IMG/VR virus record: IMGVR_UViG_3300027963_000035
Location: 187,266-251,265 of that record
DNA: 64,000 bases
Strand: one strand, 5' to 3'
In this document: in pieces, positions 61,089 to 64,000 of the stretch
Position numbering within the stretch: position 1 is the first letter of the stretch
Layout: each line of letters opens with the position of its first letter
Translations under genes and position numbers: made by a program
The notes under the pieces: model-generated
Told to the model about the DNA's origin: nothing
Databases searched by the model: none
Seen by the model: the letters and a program-made list of their open reading frames with translations, nothing else

Positions 61089-64000
61089 TTATAGATAATA
61101 AATTCCTGGGGAACCTATATTGCCAATCCCTGCTGACCGGTATGCACCTAATACTCCATTTGAATTCAATGTCCCAGCAGCATTCGAAATCAAAGTTCCA
61201 TTAGAGTCATACCGCCAATAGAAAGTAACCCCAGTTGTGGCTACTGCAAAATTAGATAGCGGCAATGGCGGCACTCTTGTAACTTCTGATCGACTTGAAT
61301 TGTATATTACAACTCCGTCCCCATTGGCCCCGAAACTTACTCCACTACCAGAATAAGTGGCAATTTTTACTCCACTTCCTAAACTCCAAAAACTCTTGAA
61401 TGCTGGAACCGCCGTATTCGGGGTTGCAGTTTCTATACAAACAACTGATTCTCCTGCGGATATAGTTGTCCATCCGCCATAAGGAACAAGTGATACTGCA
61501 CTGGAGTATAGGAATGAATCGTCGTCCATCTTCCAACCAGTAATATCAACAGGCAAACCTCCAAAATTTGTCAACTCGAACCAGTCTCCAGTTCCACCCG
61601 CTCCACTTGAACTCATGACTTCCGTTATTCGAATTATTCCAGGACCCAGTGTTGATGTAGGTGTTGATGTAGGTGTTGATGTAGGTGTTGATGTTGGGTA
61701 TGGTGGCAAAGTTGTCGGCACATCTTGATTATCTTGATTAGTTTGTGTGGGAGTCGATGTTTGTGTGGGAGTCGATGTTTGTGTGGGAGTTGATGTTTGT
61801 GTGGGAGTTGATGTGGGTGCAGGTGGTAAATAAAAGGGACGAGAATATGCTGTGTGTAATTTTACATATGCACCACCACCTTCAGCTGCAGTATAGGGGA
61901 ATATAAAAAACTGTAATCCTTCCGAGTAATCGGAAGTTAGGCTTCTTAGGTCGATTGTTACTGTGCATTCACTTATTGCGCCATACATAATACAAGAACC
62001 TAAATCTTTGGAAGGATCCGTTAAAGGATAAGATCCATAATAAACAAGATACGAAACATTGGAGATATTATCATTTCCAATATTGGATATAACACAATCC
62101 CAAGATAAAGTAACAAAATTACCATCTTGAACCGCCGTAAAGTTATTTGGTAAGTTTGGACACTTTAAAAACTCTGTTATCTCGCCTTGGCGACTTTGTA
62201 AGAAAGTGATTATTAAATTTTTAGAATTTAAAATAGACTGTTGTGTTGTTCCTATTGGATTTTTCTTATCACTTAATAAACTTGCTATTTTTTTGTCATA
62301 CACGTAATTAACATAACTGTAAATATCATTAAATACTGTGTCATCCTCTTCAAATGTTGATGTTTGTATCCAATTATGAAAGCTTAGCAACTCAGATATA
62401 AAAATATCTAAAGTTTCTCTATGAGAAAGACATTGATCAAAGAAATAAGAATTATTAAGTGTGTATTGAAAGCCCATAGTCTCAAAAATTAAACCTGATC
62501 CATCGAAGTACGTGTCTGCTCCCCAAGGTAATAATCTAAATTTTCCACTTGAGTCGCTATGATAAACGCTATTATTACCAAAAGAAACATAACCATCATT
62601 GTGGCCGCAATAAAGCTCTATAACACAATACTTCATCAGCTGTTCGATATGTGCACAAGTTAACATATTATTATACCAACTTAAACCTTGTGGATTCTTG
62701 ATCGAGTCTTCCACATACGAGAATGATTGAACTCTATTCAAAAAGTTTTCAAGATCACCTAGCCCAGAAACACTAGGATCAGCATAATCAACATCATAGG
62801 CAATAGAATTTGCCACAAATTCATATGGATTTGTAGTTATATTTACTTCATATAAATGTTGTGTATTATTTTGTCCAAATAATCTTTCCAGCGTAGAAAC
62901 ATTTCTATATTCTTCTATCGCAAAGTACTCTCCGAAATCAATGGAAAATTCCAAATCAGAACTTATTGATGGAAGAGAAAATTCCGTTCCGCCGATTGTT
63001 GAAGAAACTTTAAAGGTTGTAGAAGTTAAACTGTTTGATATAGCGTAAAAGACTTGATTTTCTGAGACTCCACTTAATCCTATAAATTTAACACCCATTC
63101 CTTCTATAAGGTAATGCTCTATATTTGTGGTAACAATGTTACCGTCTATGCTGGTGATTTTTAATGTGGGATCATTGATAAAAAGCCTGCAAAAGTTTGT
63201 TTTAGGTGCGGGCATACCATACTCATTAAATATTTTGTATATGATATGTTGTTTTATTTTAGACGCATCTTGCAAAGAATTATTTAATGCCAAATATTTT
63301 ACAGAATTTATTCCGTTTATAAAATTATTTGACTTTATCTTTAATGGTATTTTTCTATTGTATGGCGTTAAAGAACCATATCCTTTTCCTCTTGCACTCA
63401 CAGTAGATTTTGGGAATGCCGTTCCAGAATAAGAAACATTCAACTCAACAGAAACATAAGTTTGCTTCCAAGTCTCAGGAGGATTTTGAACTATGGTTGC
63501 CGGAAGAAATCTTTCTACATCATAAACATTATTGGTGGAAATTACCTTATTCCACTCTGAACGGGCAGAACTGTTTATTCTTAAATTAAATTCTAAATTA
63601 TTACTATTAAAAGGGTTAGGAGATAATGTGGGCGTAGGTGTTAGTGTAGGTGTACTTGTTAGTGTTGGTGTACTTGTTGATGTTAGCGTAGGTGTTAGTG
63701 TAGGTGTTAGTGTAGGTGTTAGTGTAGGTGTTAGTGTAGGTGTACTTGTTGATGTAGGAGTTCTTGTTGATGTTAGCGTAGGTGTTAGTGTAGACGTACT
63801 TGTTGATGTAGGAGTTCTTGTTGATGTTAGCGTAGGTGTTAGTGTAGACGTACTTGTTGATGTAGGAGTTCTTGTTGATGTTAGCGTAGGTGTTAGTGTA
63901 GACGTACTTGTTGATGTAGGAGTTCTTGTTGATGTTAGCGTAGGTGTTAGTGTAGACGTACTTGTTGATGTAGGAGTTCTTGTTGATGTTAGCGTAGGTG
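61089..64000 (-). CDS. CotH-kinase-like + lamin-tail (LTD) domain protein with Thr/Pro/Ser linkers (5' end beyond window)
   Basis: LALNNSLQDASKIKQ...GMPAPKTNF...HNDGY...NN...LLPWGADTYF (CotH-like); IRITEVM...DWFELTN...VDITGWKMDD (LTD). The frame stays open upstream of 63443 into the T/P/S repeats. Confidence 0.75.
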   Translation of the reverse strand, partial: PTLTSTRTPTSTSTSTLTPTLTSTRTPTSTSTSTLTPTLTSTRTPTSTSTSTLTPTLTSTRTPTSTSTSTLTPTLTSTRTPTSTSTPTLTPTLTPTLTPTLTPTLTSTSTPTLTSTPTLTPTPTLSPNPFNSNNLEFNLRINSSARSEWNKVISTNNVYDVERFLPATIVQNPPETWKQTYVSVELNVSYSGTAFPKSTVSARGKGYGSLTPYNRKIPLKIKSNNFINGINSVKYLALNNSLQDASKIKQHIIYKIFNEYGMPAPKTNFCRLFINDPTLKITSIDGNIVTTNIEHYLIEGMGVKFIGLSGVSENQVFYAISNSLTSTTFKVSSTIGGTEFSLPSISSDLEFSIDFGEYFAIEEYRNVSTLERLFGQNNTQHLYEVNITTNPYEFVANSIAYDVDYADPSVSGLGDLENFLNRVQSFSYVEDSIKNPQGLSWYNNMLTCAHIEQLMKYCVIELYCGHNDGYVSFGNNSVYHSDSSGKFRLLPWGADTYFDGSGLIFETMGFQYTLNNSYFFDQCLSHRETLDIFISELLSFHNWIQTSTFEEDDTVFNDIYSYVNYVYDKKIASLLSDKKNPIGTTQQSILNSKNLIITFLQSRQGEITEFLKCPNLPNNFTAVQDGNFVTLSWDCVISNIGNDNISNVSYLVYYGSYPLTDPSKDLGSCIMYGAISECTVTIDLRSLTSDYSEGLQFFIFPYTAAEGGGAYVKLHTAYSRPFYLPPAPTSTPTQTSTPTQTSTPTQTSTPTQTNQDNQDVPTTLPPYPTSTPTSTPTSTPTSTLGPGIIRITEVMSSSGAGGTGDWFELTNFGGLPVDITGWKMDDDSFLYSSAVSLVPYGGWTTISAGESVVCIETATPNTAVPAFKSFWSLGSGVKIATYSGSGVSFGANGDGVVIYNSSRSEVTRVPPLPLSNFAVATTGVTFYWRYDSNGTLISNAAGTLNSNGVLGAYRSAGIGNIGSPGIYYL
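63631..64000 (-). repeat. 54-bp / 12-bp coding tandem repeats (TPTLTSTRTPTSTSTSTL)
   Basis: GTTAGCGTAGGTGTTAGTGTAGACGTACTTGTTGATGTAGGAGTTCTTGTTGAT repeated at least 4 times. Confidence 0.9.

Noticed and set aside
63631-64000. Terminal repeats as a non-coding array
   Set aside because: They translate in frame as a Thr/Pro/Ser linker of the CotH-like protein.
1-64000. Alternative genetic code (stop-codon recoding)
   Set aside because: Recognisable genes are full length under code 11, and end in TAA, TAG or TGA.

Overview
An AT-rich, gene-dense segment of a large (jumbo-type) bacteriophage genome, with most genes on the minus strand. The host is plausibly a Planctomycete; this is an inference from the prepilin-type N-terminal protein, CsrA and Cys-rich secreted proteins. 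The main find is a probable RNA-guided DNA-targeting module. It comprises a non-coding array of about 18 units of 36 nt (27936-28625), in which two different conserved boxes alternate with two 8-9 nt variable segments, and a nuclease-less IS110/Nop-domain protein about 2 kb upstream (30567-31490). This matches the TIGR-Tas (TasA-type) architecture. Three tRNA genes carry compact group I introns (Ile2/Met-CAT, Leu-TAA, Arg-TCT), and each of these tRNA loci lies beside a convergent free-standing HNH endonuclease. The window also holds a tRNA-Asn with an odd 69-nt structured insert, a tRNA-Tyr, a phage TilS next to the CAT tRNA, and several tRNA-like or other structured RNAs. A 20-bp promoter-like motif (GTTTC-N5-GGTACGGT, minus strand) recurs about 18 times. 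Accessory genes include an AAA+/vWA pair, ACP, CsrA, GroES, a J-domain protein, HldA/HldC, glycosyl- and methyltransferases, rIIA/rIIB-like proteins, two PcfJ-domain proteins, two ligase-type adenylation proteins and a CotH/LTD surface protein. All calls are from reading the sequence; no database search was run.
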